From a virus, in the IMG/VR virus record IMGVR_UViG_3300009149_000001, positions 1-64,000 of that record: a stretch of 64,000 bases of DNA, one strand, 5' to 3'. Positions within the stretch are counted from its first letter, which is position 1. Every line of letters starts with the position of its first letter. The notes below the pieces were generated by a model. It was not told the DNA's origin. It saw only the letters and a program-made list of their open reading frames with translations, and did not search any database. The translations under genes were made by a program, and so were the position numbers. Shown here in pieces: positions 1 through 10,727 of the stretch.

Positions 1-1
1 A

Positions 2-700
2 GAAGACCCAAGATGTTATCAAGGATTTGGCACAACCACAGGTGTCCAACAAGTTAGAGACTTTTCAATCCCCGTGCATACTATAACACGAGACGGTAAA
101 ACCTTCGTTGAATTAGATACATCAGTTCCGACAGGAGCGATGAACTACGGTGGTCTACTCAAGGAAATTCTAACACATGGACAAGAGTGTAAAGCACAGC
201 TTGTCTTGAACAATATGCAAGGTGGAGTATTATCATCACAAGATTACCAATCGGGATTCTGTGACCTAAACTCAGATAACTTGTCTATTGAAGAATCAGT
301 TCAAGCAGGATGTGGAATGTCAAGTGGAGCATTTTACCACAACTTGAGAGCATCAGTTCCAGAATGGAGCCAAGCAAGAACAAGTCAAGAATCCAACTTT
401 GGAATTGACATGTCAAACAACCGTTATGACATAGTTGAAGACATTTGTGAGGGTTATTACACAAACTCATACAAAATGACTTTCAAAGAATGTCGTGAAA
501 TCAGAGATTCAAAGATTGAACTCTCAGGTGGACACGTACCAGATTTGAAAGACTATGGAATAGAACTTGAAGCCAAAGTCAATCTCTACAAAGAAGATGG
601 TGGAAAATCAATGGCTAAAGATATTGCAAAGCAAATTCTTGAAGACAAAGTTTCACAACTAATGAAACAACTCAGAGCAATGGAGAATCAATCAGATTGA
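2..700 (+). CDS. Hypothetical protein, 5'-truncated by the window edge
   Basis: The frame is open from position 2 (EDPRCYQGFGTTTGVQ...) into the ORF-track protein 74..700. Confidence 0.7.
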   Translation, partial: EDPRCYQGFGTTTGVQQVRDFSIPVHTITRDGKTFVELDTSVPTGAMNYGGLLKEILTHGQECKAQLVLNNMQGGVLSSQDYQSGFCDLNSDNLSIEESVQAGCGMSSGAFYHNLRASVPEWSQARTSQESNFGIDMSNNRYDIVEDICEGYYTNSYKMTFKECREIRDSKIELSGGHVPDLKDYGIELEAKVNLYKEDGGKSMAKDIAKQILEDKVSQLMKQLRAMENQSD

Positions 701-1086
701 TTCCCACTCTTTTTTTCTTTATTCTATGTTTAGGTAGTGGTGAATCTCAAGATTGTGACTATGAATGGGATATTTTACCACTTGATGAAATACGAGCATT
801 ATATGGTGCTGAAGGTAATATTGGTGGGTTTCAAAGAGGGAATCACATCTATGCAGTTAATATTAAAATATTAATTCATGAGGTAGGTCATTTAGAATGT
901 ATAATTAATTACTCAGATCCTACTAAGTTAAAACTTTGTCATTTTGGAATAGATACAGAGTATCTAGTTCAAGGTGTTAGACCATATCATGGTTGGGGTG
1001 GTATTACAGATAATTCTCCTCCAGAGATACGAGAGAAAGATGCATTTAGAGAGTTATTGTTTAGTAACAAGGAGTATGGAACTTGA
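697..1086 (+). CDS. Hypothetical protein with N-terminal hydrophobic segment and HExxH motif
   Basis: LFFFILCLG leader; IHEVGH; TTGA overlap with upstream gene. Confidence 0.55.
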   Translation: MIPTLFFFILCLGSGESQDCDYEWDILPLDEIRALYGAEGNIGGFQRGNHIYAVNIKILIHEVGHLECIINYSDPTKLKLCHFGIDTEYLVQGVRPYHGWGGITDNSPPEIREKDAFRELLFSNKEYGT

Positions 1087-1548
1087 ATCAATCCATAATA
1101 ACTAATACTTTAACAATGGAATATAAATTATGAAAGCATTAATATGTCCACAATGTAGTGCATTAGTGGTTAACAAAGTAATACACAATTCAAGTCACTC
1201 TATTAATGGAGCCGCAAACGCTTGGGTAGAAGTCGACCTTGTAGTGGATATAAAGGAAGATAGAGTTGCCGAGTATGAGGTATTGACTGAGGAACGCAAT
1301 AGTTGACAGATCCACTCTGTTTCTATTGTGGTGACAAAGGAGTGTCTTGGTGTGGTTGTGATTGTTGTGATGAAAAATTTATGGTGTGTGATGATTGTGG
1401 AAAAGATTTACCAGTTAAACCTTATGAACAGATGAATACTATGGACAAGGAGAAATATGCATGATAACATACACTTGTGTACATTGTAGTCAGTATCCGT
1501 GTACTTGTAAAAGACGTTGTTATGGAGTTTGTAGAGGTGGAGTTCAAC

Positions 1549-2274
1549 ATGACTGAATTAGTAATTGATTATCCAGTAAAGTATACCTCTCTCTCACAGG
1601 GTGATATTACTTTCGTATTAGCACATTTATATTTAAAGAACGTTGATTACAAACAACAAATTGATTTTCTTAAAAAGTCAGGCAGACCATTAATGTTAGA
1701 CAATGGGGCTTGGGAGTTTGGTTCATCAATGCCTCCTCGAGATTATTTAAAGATCATACAAGAGTTAGAACCAAATTATGCAGTGATTCCTGATGTCTAT
1801 ATGAATACAATACAAAGTGAAAAGATGACTATGGACTTTATGGAAATGTATAATGAAGATATTGATACAGAGTTAATGTTTGTTCCACAAGGTAACAATG
1901 CAGAAGAAGTTATAGAGTCTTACAACTCCATGGTTGATAAAATGGGAATGTTCTTTGATGTGTTAGCTGTTGCAAAACATATAGGATCTTGGGCAAATAG
2001 AGTATCCTTTACAGATGAATTAATGTCTCAAATTTATGAACCAGTTAAAAATGTTCACTTCTTAGGTTTTTGGAACTGGGATGAATTAGAACAACCCAAG
2101 TATGGTGACTGGGAGTTACAATCAATTGATACAAAGTATCCGGTAAAGAGTGCCTATGGTGAAAAGTTTAATTCACAATTAGATTATTATAATACAGATA
2201 AAGTTTTAGATCTTGATGCATTCCAAGTAGAAGTTGCATCATTCCAGGATGATTTGGTGAATAGAGGTTGGTAA
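1549..2274 (+). CDS. TGT-fold (DpdA-like) 7-deazaguanine transglycosylase
   Basis: LDNGAWE, IPDV, VPQG, VHFLG and SIDT motifs match TGT/DpdA TIM-barrel motifs; FolE/QueD/QueE/QueC nearby; start placed at ATG 1549. Confidence 0.65.
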   Translation: MTELVIDYPVKYTSLSQGDITFVLAHLYLKNVDYKQQIDFLKKSGRPLMLDNGAWEFGSSMPPRDYLKIIQELEPNYAVIPDVYMNTIQSEKMTMDFMEMYNEDIDTELMFVPQGNNAEEVIESYNSMVDKMGMFFDVLAVAKHIGSWANRVSFTDELMSQIYEPVKNVHFLGFWNWDELEQPKYGDWELQSIDTKYPVKSAYGEKFNSQLDYYNTDKVLDLDAFQVEVASFQDDLVNRGW

Positions 2275-2705
2275 TTAAACTTACTTGGAAAAATATAGAT
2301 TATGCTGTAGATGAACTGTGTGAATATTTCGACTCATCTATGTATGATGCCGTCTATGGAATAGCCAATGGTGGCATTATCCCAGCAACTCTTGTTGCAA
2401 ACAGGTTAGGTATTAAAGTCATTCATACTATCCAGAAGAATGTGGAAATACGCAATCTGGAGTATAGTATGGAGAATTACAATTCAGTTTTAATTATAGA
2501 TGATATTAATGATACAGGTAAAACTTTAAGTAAATTTATGCATTTAGATAAATATCCTTACAGTGTAGCTACACTTTACCAACGAGATGGTACTAAATGG
2601 CCTAATGTGTTATATGGTGAGAATATCCCATTCTCAGATTGGGTTGAGTTTCCTTGGGAAAATTATGATAATGAAATACCGGAAAATAACAGCAGAACAA
2701 ATTAA
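2268..2705 (+). CDS. Type I purine phosphoribosyltransferase (Gpt-like)
   Basis: GIANGG, VLIIDDINDTGKTL PRPP-binding loop, WVEFPWE C-terminal motif. Confidence 0.9.
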   Translation: MVIKLTWKNIDYAVDELCEYFDSSMYDAVYGIANGGIIPATLVANRLGIKVIHTIQKNVEIRNLEYSMENYNSVLIIDDINDTGKTLSKFMHLDKYPYSVATLYQRDGTKWPNVLYGENIPFSDWVEFPWENYDNEIPENNSRTN

Positions 2706-5037
2706 TACTAAATATGGACAATCAAAACTTAGACTCTATGGAAGAGGTGAGGACGGATCAAAACAAGCTTTTGATATTGAAGGACTCCCAAGTTATTTCT
2801 ACGCTAGTGTTGAGCCCGTTTACGGTCCCGACCTTGCATCTAAAGTCAAATCAATTGAACCTGGATACACCAGTATCTTTGGCAAGGCTTTATGGAAAGT
2901 ATACACTTACAGTCCCTACGATATCAAGCTACTCGCTGAAGGAAAGGGTGCTCATGAAAGCGACATTCCATGGACTACCAGATGTTGTATTGACCTTAAG
3001 ATTACAGATGGATTTGAAATCTCTGATATGGGAAAACCCATACCAGTTGCAGACGTTGATCACATCAAGCCAAGAATCTGGGTCTTCGATGTGGAAATTA
3101 AGTCACCTAAGAGCATTATGCCCAGTTGGCAGACACCTGAGTATGAAACGGTGTGCGTAGTATTACATGACAATTACGATGATAAACAATATGTATTCAG
3201 TATTAAAGACCAAGACGAAAAAAGCATGTGGGATGATATCCTCAAGCTTATGGACGAAAAGGATCCCGACTATATCACGGGATGGAATATTGGATTTGAC
3301 GTATCTTGGATGTTCGCAAGACTTAGCTACCTCGGGATCGATCCTAATCGATTATCGAGCATGCGTAGAGCAAGAATGCGAGACTGGACTTCCCCAGGCG
3401 GACAAATCTTTACTAACTGCAACATTGCCGGACGAATTGTATTTGACGGATTGGAAGCATATAAAACTAAAAAGAATCCTTCTGGACAACTTAGCAGTTA
3501 TAACCTACACGCCATCGCCGAGAAAGAAACAGGGGATGCTTGGGAAGACTTGGGTCCACAAATTGAAACATCATGGGCAAAGGATCCTCAAGCTGTAATT
3601 GATTATTGTAAAAAGGATATTGAAGTTGAACAAAGAATTATTTCCAAAGAACGTCTCATTGAACAAGCCATTACACTTTCTAGACTTAGTGGTTGCTCTC
3701 CAGAGAAGACTGTTAAAAAAGAGGCTATTATCGATCATGCCATCCTCCTCAGAAGAGGAAATAGAATCTTGCCTTCCAAACGTAGAAGAGATGATGTTGA
3801 GGCAAACGTTAAAGGGGCAGTGGTACTTATGCCTGAACCTGGTATACATCGAAATATGGGTGTCTTTGACGCAGCTGCACTATACCCTTCGATTATCGCG
3901 GGCTTTAATATCTCACCGGAAACAAAAAGTAAAGATGGGACTATCCACATTGAAGATGAAGATGGAAATAAGTATTCTTTCATTGACCCTAAGATACAGG
4001 AAGGCATTATGCCGCAGGCAATTTCGGAGTTTAGGCAACTAAGAGAAGATGTTCGATCAAGAAAGTATATCGCAGAGGAACAGTTCGGACACGATAGCCC
4101 TGAATATGTGGCACTTGAAGAAGAAGATACAGCAGATAAATTCATTATCACCAGTTTTTATGGAGTTAATGGATTTTCCGGATTCAGACTTTTCGATCCT
4201 GACTGCGCGAATGCTATTACAGCAGTCGGACGTAAGATTATTATCGGACTTAAAAAACATCTTGGAGAGAATGGTTTTCCCGTCGAATACGGTGACACTG
4301 ATTCGGTATTCGTTTCAATGGGGGCACTCGCAAATGGTGACAGAGTTAGCGCTCTTATTGCAGAGTACTTGGATACAACATTACAAGCAATGGGCGTTAC
4401 CGATGTCGCAATTAAAGTCAAGTTCGAGAAGTTCTTTAAATGGTGCATATTCAAACGTCGACGAGTTAGCAAAGGCAAGTATGAACCGGTTAAGAAGAAG
4501 TATGTAGCACATATGACGTGGTCAGAAGGCCAAGAAACTGATTATATGTACATTAGAGGATTTGAAACTAGACGATCTGATGTAAGTCCAATTCTTAAAA
4601 AGACAATGTTGGAGTTCTTTGATATAATGAGACGTGGTACTTTTGATGAAGCTTTAAAATATTTAAAAACAGTAAAGGATAAGTTCAAAGAGTATTCCCC
4701 AATTGAATTAGGGATTCCTCGTCAGATACATGGGAAACATCCTAAGATTGAAAATCCTTGGCAGCGTGGAGTAAGATATGGAAAAGAGTTTTGGAATTTG
4801 CAATATGACCTCGAAACCGCACCTAGCTTACTCTATCTACGGGGTACTGGTCTCAATGAATCACTTGACTGTATCTGCATCCAAGCCCAACATGAATTAC
4901 CTAAGGGATGTGTTATTGACTATGAAATTATGTTTGAAAAAATTATACAGAAGAAGTTCGAACCACTTGTCGAAGCTATGGGTAAGAATTGGAGAAAAGA
5001 AATGGAAGGCTTGAAAACAATGGATGAATGGTTTTGA
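2671..5037 (+). CDS. polB: Family B DNA polymerase with 3'-5' exonuclease and C-terminal PIP box
   Basis: FDVE, GWNIGFD and DYCKKD exonuclease motifs; DAAALYPS, KFIITSFYG, YGDTDS, KKKY and RGFETRRSD polymerase motifs; C-terminal KTMDEWF. Confidence 0.97.
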   Translation: MKYRKITAEQINTKYGQSKLRLYGRGEDGSKQAFDIEGLPSYFYASVEPVYGPDLASKVKSIEPGYTSIFGKALWKVYTYSPYDIKLLAEGKGAHESDIPWTTRCCIDLKITDGFEISDMGKPIPVADVDHIKPRIWVFDVEIKSPKSIMPSWQTPEYETVCVVLHDNYDDKQYVFSIKDQDEKSMWDDILKLMDEKDPDYITGWNIGFDVSWMFARLSYLGIDPNRLSSMRRARMRDWTSPGGQIFTNCNIAGRIVFDGLEAYKTKKNPSGQLSSYNLHAIAEKETGDAWEDLGPQIETSWAKDPQAVIDYCKKDIEVEQRIISKERLIEQAITLSRLSGCSPEKTVKKEAIIDHAILLRRGNRILPSKRRRDDVEANVKGAVVLMPEPGIHRNMGVFDAAALYPSIIAGFNISPETKSKDGTIHIEDEDGNKYSFIDPKIQEGIMPQAISEFRQLREDVRSRKYIAEEQFGHDSPEYVALEEEDTADKFIITSFYGVNGFSGFRLFDPDCANAITAVGRKIIIGLKKHLGENGFPVEYGDTDSVFVSMGALANGDRVSALIAEYLDTTLQAMGVTDVAIKVKFEKFFKWCIFKRRRVSKGKYEPVKKKYVAHMTWSEGQETDYMYIRGFETRRSDVSPILKKTMLEFFDIMRRGTFDEALKYLKTVKDKFKEYSPIELGIPRQIHGKHPKIENPWQRGVRYGKEFWNLQYDLETAPSLLYLRGTGLNESLDCICIQAQHELPKGCVIDYEIMFEKIIQKKFEPLVEAMGKNWRKEMEGLKTMDEWF

Positions 5038-5276
5038 GAGACTGGTTTAAGAAAAATTGGATGAAATACAGCCTAACCTTCGTATTTGTAGTGCATATTA
5101 TGCAGCTTCCTCATATGTTTTGGGCGGCTGATGCCTACTTAGAATTAGGTGTAGTAGCGAGACAATCTCCTATGTTGGACTTCATATTATATGGGGTAGA
5201 CTTGTTAGAGATCCCGTCAATTATTCAAGTCGGAATACTATGGATATACCATGTCAAACGTAATAAAGGAATGTAG
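5028..5276 (+). CDS. Small membrane protein
   Basis: Two hydrophobic segments; QLPHMFWAAD motif recalls small Nitrosopumilus proteins (from memory). Confidence 0.6.
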   Translation: MVLRDWFKKNWMKYSLTFVFVVHIMQLPHMFWAADAYLELGVVARQSPMLDFILYGVDLLEIPSIIQVGILWIYHVKRNKGM

Positions 5277-5634
5277 AAATTGTGTAGCTATATTTACCAC
5301 AAAATATTATAAATCACTCTGCCCTCCTTGTGATTATCAAGATCGCAAAGGATATTTAAAAGATTATAGATCTAAACTTAAATACAAGATATGGGACTTA
5401 TTAGGTGACAGGGTTTGCAACCAATGTGGGTTTGATAATGAATATTTCTTAGAAATAGATCATATAGATTCTGTTTCTGAAACAGATAAGAAACGATTAG
5501 ATTATAGTCAATTATGGGCATTAATGAAGAGAAATCCAATTATTATAACAGAATATCAATTACTGTGTATGGCCTGTAATGTTTTAAAAGAAGCGGACCG
5601 ATTAAGATTAATTCAAAATGGAAGTAGTAAGTAA
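5251..5634 (+). CDS. HNH endonuclease
   Basis: CNQCG...LEIDHI...YQLLCMACN. Confidence 0.8.
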   Translation: MSNVIKECRNCVAIFTTKYYKSLCPPCDYQDRKGYLKDYRSKLKYKIWDLLGDRVCNQCGFDNEYFLEIDHIDSVSETDKKRLDYSQLWALMKRNPIIITEYQLLCMACNVLKEADRLRLIQNGSSK

Positions 5635-5747
5635 AGGATGCGAAGCGTGCAAAATTGGATTTGAAGTTATTATTGGACAAGAGTTCTTATGGAATTACTG
5701 TCCAAGTTGTGCCAAGCCATTACAGTTGGAGGCAGAAGGAATAGAAA

Positions 5748-6515
5748 TTGAGTACTCCACAATTACCCCGATTGATACGTAAGACAGCATTTATGCAGTA
5801 TAAGAACTGTCAACGGAACTTTTGGTATTTTTATAATGATGATGAACGATATGATGGATATGGGGGTAAAAGCAGTAATCCTGCTCTACAGCGGGGTACT
5901 GATTTCCATAACGCTGCTGATTTATTCTTTGATAATATCAATGCTACCTCCTTGGATGGTTTTCGGGCCGCTTTACCTTTCGGTGATAATCTTCACTATT
6001 ATTATGATTGGTTTGCGAAGGTTGAATGGCAACGATATCAAGATTTAGAAAATAAAGATTACTTTAAACCTCTAGCTTGTGAACTCATAGTTGAAGGTGC
6101 ACTAACAAAGGGTCACGTTGACCGTATAGATCAAATTAGTGAGACAGAGTTACAAGTTGTAGAGTATAAGACAGGAAAGTCTTACGATATGTCCAAGTCT
6201 TGGGCTCCAACTAAAATGAATGCAGAGATTGGTTTCTATGCTAGGTTAATTGAGGAGGGTAAACATTACCCAGACTTGAAGATTAAATCTTGGAAAGTTA
6301 TTAACCCTACATTACAGAAACAATGGGTGAATAAGATTAGTCCTATTACATTAAGAGCAGTTGATAATTCAGTTCTTGAAATGGTTAATAAGATAGTTGC
6401 AACTGGTACATTTAGAGAAAAGTTAGAAACTCTGTTTCCTAGGACGATTACTCCATTATGTGGTTGGTGCCCATATACAGAAGACTGTTTAGATAAACCT
6501 TATATTGATGACTAA
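5748..6515 (+). CDS. Solo Cas4/RecB-like PD-(D/E)XK exonuclease
   Basis: N-terminal C; RGTDFH; GHVDRID; VVEYKTG; C-terminal CGWCPYTEDC. Confidence 0.88.
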   Translation: MSTPQLPRLIRKTAFMQYKNCQRNFWYFYNDDERYDGYGGKSSNPALQRGTDFHNAADLFFDNINATSLDGFRAALPFGDNLHYYYDWFAKVEWQRYQDLENKDYFKPLACELIVEGALTKGHVDRIDQISETELQVVEYKTGKSYDMSKSWAPTKMNAEIGFYARLIEEGKHYPDLKIKSWKVINPTLQKQWVNKISPITLRAVDNSVLEMVNKIVATGTFREKLETLFPRTITPLCGWCPYTEDCLDKPYIDD

Positions 6516-6782
6516 AGATAATGCAAATATAACTGAAACTCAAAGAGTCCTAGACCACCTACGTAGAGAGAGAGAGGAACAGGTTAGACTTGGCAGTCAA
6601 GGCGCTCTTATATTAGCTAGAAAAGAATTACCAGATACAATAGTTGAGGAAGGTCAATTAACTGTTGAACAAACATTTATAGCTTATTTGCAAACTGTGG
6701 ATCAACAAGTGCAGAATATAATGTTTTTAGAAGAGGTGTATAAATCCCATATTAAATTAATGAAAGAGAATGATAAATAATT

Positions 6783-7211
6783 ATGCCTCGAATTTATGTA
6801 GCAGGACCATTATTTAACGGTCACACTTTATCGTATGAAGCTGCCCTAGGTAACTGGGAAAAAGCTGCCTTAATTACAGACAAATTAATGCAGAAGGGTT
6901 GGGCAGTTTATACCCCACATAATAGTTATCATATGTCACAGTTTATTTCAGAACATCAAAAACGCGATATCTCCTTTGAGAGATGGATGCAACAAGACAG
7001 TTCATGGCTTAGTCAATGTTCAGCTTTATATTTCTTAGGACATAGTAAAGGTGCTGATAGAGAATTAAAATATGCTCTGGACAATGGTATTACTGTTTAC
7101 TTAAACTTGAATGAAGTACCAAATGTTGAGCCTGATAATTATTTATGTCCTGAGTGTACTGAGGTTGAACATTATCACACTCCTTATAGAGAAGAGGATG
7201 ATGATAGTTGA
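6783..7211 (+). CDS. Nucleoside 2-deoxyribosyltransferase-like protein (DUF4406/DUF1937-type)
   Basis: IYVAGP...PH...D..WL..C...SKGADRE. Confidence 0.8.
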   Translation: MPRIYVAGPLFNGHTLSYEAALGNWEKAALITDKLMQKGWAVYTPHNSYHMSQFISEHQKRDISFERWMQQDSSWLSQCSALYFLGHSKGADRELKYALDNGITVYLNLNEVPNVEPDNYLCPECTEVEHYHTPYREEDDDS

Positions 7212-7391
7212 TTCATGATCCTAGAATAGTTGAAGCTGATAGACAATTACAAGCTGATACATTAGATGAGATTAGAAAACGAGTGACCAATATTGATATA
7301 TTTATGCAACGTAATGATGCAGCTTTACGAGATATAGCCAAAGTATTAACAAGTTTAACCTTGGCGCATCTAGAACACTTTAAAAAATGGG

Positions 7392-7775
7392 ATGAGAAGA
7401 ACTGTGAATAGTGAAAGTGAATATTATATTAAGTTAATCACAGAGAAAGCTGATGACATTGTCTTTGGTATAAAGGATCATGATTATAACAGTACAGAGG
7501 GTTTTAAAGTAGATATTTTAGACTATTACCAACTAGCACCAATTGAGAATATGTTACATGATATTAACCGTAAAGTCCTTAGATTACAATCTCTTTTAAT
7601 GAGCGGCAGGGCACCAAGTAATGAATCAATTGAAGATAACTTTACAGACCTGTTGAACTATACACGCATAGGTTATGCGGTCTATCAACATTTTAAGGCC
7701 TTAAAAGAAACTAATACTATGCCTGGACACACACCTAAAGAAAAGAAAAAGAACAAAGGAAAAAAACCTAAATGA
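7392..7775 (+). CDS. Nucleotide-modification-associated helical protein (DUF1599/MazG-like)
   Basis: KDHDY...KVLRL...ESIEDNFTDLLNY pattern. Confidence 0.7.
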   Translation: MRRTVNSESEYYIKLITEKADDIVFGIKDHDYNSTEGFKVDILDYYQLAPIENMLHDINRKVLRLQSLLMSGRAPSNESIEDNFTDLLNYTRIGYAVYQHFKALKETNTMPGHTPKEKKKNKGKKPK

Positions 7776-8218
7776 TTTGGCGAATATTTACCCATATGTG
7801 CAGATTTACGCATAATGTACCTCCTGCAGAATGGCTCAATGATGATTCCTGCTTGACCCCGCATCAGCACGGCTTTGACCCAAATCCTCTTTGTAAAATT
7901 GAATTTAGATGTGCAACACAAGAGATCATCGACTTTAAAGATATCAAGAAATATGCTTTAGATATTATTTCAAATGCAGGCACGGTAATTAATCCAGAGG
8001 AGGAAGATGCAAAAGGATTCTTGATCCAACCAGCTTACTATGACTTTGGGACAATTATAACAGAAGATCTTATTGATGACTTTAAAAAATTAATGTTTAT
8101 AGCCTTAGATGAAGCCGGAGCTGGACCAATTAGAGTTCAGGTCTTTTTAAATGAGACTAGAAAATACGCTGTCTGGGATGACGGTGTAATGTTACAATCT
8201 GACGACGAGCTGTTATAA
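7772..8218 (+). CDS. queD: Divergent 6-carboxytetrahydropterin synthase (QueD-like)
   Basis: FTH...SCLTPHQH (His, Cys, HxH), IIDFKDIK and LNET glutamate; lies in the Que cluster. Confidence 0.72.
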   Translation: MIWRIFTHMCRFTHNVPPAEWLNDDSCLTPHQHGFDPNPLCKIEFRCATQEIIDFKDIKKYALDIISNAGTVINPEEEDAKGFLIQPAYYDFGTIITEDLIDDFKKLMFIALDEAGAGPIRVQVFLNETRKYAVWDDGVMLQSDDELL

Positions 8219-8220
8219 CA

Positions 8221-8469
8221 ATGGGTATGGTTTCAGGCCATTGCACAAAGTGTTATGGTTCAGGTTCAATGCGTTTTAGAGATCAGATTGGTTCAATTAG
8301 ATTTAAACCTTGTCAACATTGTAATGGTATGGGAAGAAAAATGATGCAAGATGGTGGAGGAGAACATCGTATCTCAAAGCAAATCATTAATGGACTTGGC
8401 CCAGGAATTAGAAAGGGTCATTCTAAATATGCAGCGGCAGATGGAAAGACAGGTTACGGAAGAAGATAG
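8221..8469 (+). CDS. DnaJ-type zinc-finger small protein
   Basis: CTKCYGSG and CQHCNGMG. Confidence 0.6.
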   Translation: MGMVSGHCTKCYGSGSMRFRDQIGSIRFKPCQHCNGMGRKMMQDGGGEHRISKQIINGLGPGIRKGHSKYAAADGKTGYGRR

Positions 8470-8635
8470 TTCCATTAATTTAATACTTAGTAATAACAAA
8501 TTATAATTATGAAATGTTTTGAATGTGGTTATACATCGTCATTAGATCCTATGAATCCTTTAGGTGGTCATGGTTTTTATTGTGATGGTTGTATTTTGAA
8601 ATTAGCTGAAAAATATTTAGAGGTTAGAGATTAAA

Positions 8636-9424
8636 ATGGATATGCATTTATTTGAGAAACCTTATCGTACTATTAATGGTGAGGCAGAACATATAGGAAA
8701 ACCTTGTGTCTTTGTAAGATTTCAAGGATGTAATGTTGGTTGTAAATGGTGTGATGCTATGGGAACATGGCCTCAAAAGAGAACACCTAATACCTTTACT
8801 AATGAATCCTTGATGGATTATCTAGACTTGAACTTTACACAGACTAAACGTATTTGGATTACTGGTGGTGAACCAATGGAACACTTTGCAGAGATTAAAT
8901 CATTAATTGATTATGCTGCAGAGTATAGACACATCCCAAGAATTTGGCATCTAATTACATCAGGATCTGTATATGATGAAAAGACACTTATGTGCTTTGA
9001 TCATATAACAATTGATATTAAGCCACCTAGTGCTTATGCAAAGTCAAATGCAGCTGATAATCATTTCATTAAATTATGTATGGAACATATGGATTTACAA
9101 GACAAGGTAGAGTTCAAGATGGTCGTTAATTATGATGAAGCAGATATTAAATTTGCCGAACAAAAGATTGATGAATTGGCTCATTATAAGAAAGACATTA
9201 CAATACAGCCAATGTATTGGAGTGAACCTGAAGTTAAAACTGAGCTAGCTAAAGCACAAACTATAAAGAATACTAAAGGATTCTTAGAGGCATTTCAACA
9301 ACCAAAGACTTGGCCATCATATGGACAATTTGCAGAACGATTTATGGGTAATGGGTATGAGAATTTAAGAGTACTACCACAGATGCACAAGATCTATTGG
9401 CCTGGAGAAATGAATGGTATCTAG
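8636..9424 (+). CDS. queE: 7-carboxy-7-deazaguanine synthase (radical SAM)
   Basis: TINGE, FVRFQGCNVGCKWCD, ITGGEP, PQMHK. Confidence 0.93.
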   Translation: MDMHLFEKPYRTINGEAEHIGKPCVFVRFQGCNVGCKWCDAMGTWPQKRTPNTFTNESLMDYLDLNFTQTKRIWITGGEPMEHFAEIKSLIDYAAEYRHIPRIWHLITSGSVYDEKTLMCFDHITIDIKPPSAYAKSNAADNHFIKLCMEHMDLQDKVEFKMVVNYDEADIKFAEQKIDELAHYKKDITIQPMYWSEPEVKTELAKAQTIKNTKGFLEAFQQPKTWPSYGQFAERFMGNGYENLRVLPQMHKIYWPGEMNGI

Positions 9425-9561
9425 TGAAGCCCTCACAGTGTTTACAATGTCATTAAGAGAGATTATGGACAAGTTTAACATCACTGGTGTTGTTAGGAAT
9501 GCTCGTATATCTGATAAACTTACTTGGGTTGAAGCTGATAATGTCTTAGTTTTGGAGGTTC

Positions 9562-9858
9562 ATGATGGAATCTAATAGACTAGTTAAAGATGTTACTCAA
9601 TTAGTAATGAATGAGAACAGATCTTATGGTATTACCCCATCGGAGAACCTTAATGATGAGGCAGCTAAAAACTTTACAGATGAATTTACTTATAATGCAG
9701 AGTTTGTTCTACAAGGACTACTTGCAATGAAAGCTATGAATGGTAATAGTCTGAAAGACGTTGGGTTGTATATACCAAAGAAGCCATATCCTTTAATCAT
9801 CGATAATGGTATTCAATGTTACTTGATAGCACCAAGAGGATTACCTAATGCCAGTTGA
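9562..9858 (+). CDS. Single sliding-clamp-like domain protein
   Basis: YNAEFV...PYPLII...YLIAPR resembles the last domain of PCNA; only 98 aa. Confidence 0.45.
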   Translation: MMESNRLVKDVTQLVMNENRSYGITPSENLNDEAAKNFTDEFTYNAEFVLQGLLAMKAMNGNSLKDVGLYIPKKPYPLIIDNGIQCYLIAPRGLPNAS

Positions 9859-10122
9859 AATTAAAAATGAACAAAGTACCACAGAAGAAAGAGATCTAGG
9901 TACTAAGCTCGTAGACAAATATAAACGAGAAAGTAATATCTTATTATCTGGTTATATTGAACAACATGATGTGTTATTAAGAGTTAGAAAGTCACAAGGT
10001 GATGTTATTTATATGGAACAAAAAAAGAAACCTTGGGCAGCATATAAGAAAGCTGACAAAGCATTACATGATAAATTTATGGATGATGCAGAAGTATTAG
10101 GTTTTAAGATGAGGGCAATATA

Positions 10123-10704
10123 ATGAATAAAGATTCTGTTACAGTAAATTTATTAGAACTAATGCATGCTATGGGCTGGGATAAGGATCCTAATTTTGAT
10201 GAAACACCAGCTAGAGTTACAAAGTGGTTATCTGGTTATCAATCATTAACTAAAGATGAATGTAAATCTAAATCAATTGAAGATTTAAGTAAAAGATTCC
10301 CAACTAACAATACTAACATGGTTGTAGTAGGACCAACTAAATCATTTTCATTATGTCCACATCATTTACTACCAATTGAATATGATGTCTGGGTTGGTTA
10401 CTTACCAGGTACTGAAGTATGTGGCTTGTCAAAGATACCAAGAGTGATCCAAAACTTTAGTAGATATCCATTTATTCAAGAAGACTTTACTGAAAACATT
10501 GCACTAGCAATTGAGGAAGGTTTAAAGACTAAAGGTGTTATGGTTTGGGTATCGGGTGTACATAATTGTATGAGAATGCGAGGTGTCAAACAACCAAATG
10601 CAAAGACTACTACATCAGCTTTAAAAGGATACTTTAGAAATCCACCGCCAGGTAAGGATCCTAGAGGAGAGTTCCTTGAAGCTATACGTGGAATCAATAC
10701 TTAA
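10123..10704 (+). CDS. folE: GTP cyclohydrolase I
   Basis: ETPARV, SLCPHHLLP, GLSKIPR, QEDFT, HNCMRMRGV. Confidence 0.96.
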   Translation: MNKDSVTVNLLELMHAMGWDKDPNFDETPARVTKWLSGYQSLTKDECKSKSIEDLSKRFPTNNTNMVVVGPTKSFSLCPHHLLPIEYDVWVGYLPGTEVCGLSKIPRVIQNFSRYPFIQEDFTENIALAIEEGLKTKGVMVWVSGVHNCMRMRGVKQPNAKTTTSALKGYFRNPPPGKDPRGEFLEAIRGINT

Positions 10705-10727
10705 ATACCATATAAGGAATTATAATT

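Noticed and set aside
5748-6515. CRISPR-Cas locus suggested by the Cas4-like gene
   Set aside because: No cas1/cas2 or array; solo Cas4-like nucleases are common in viral replication modules
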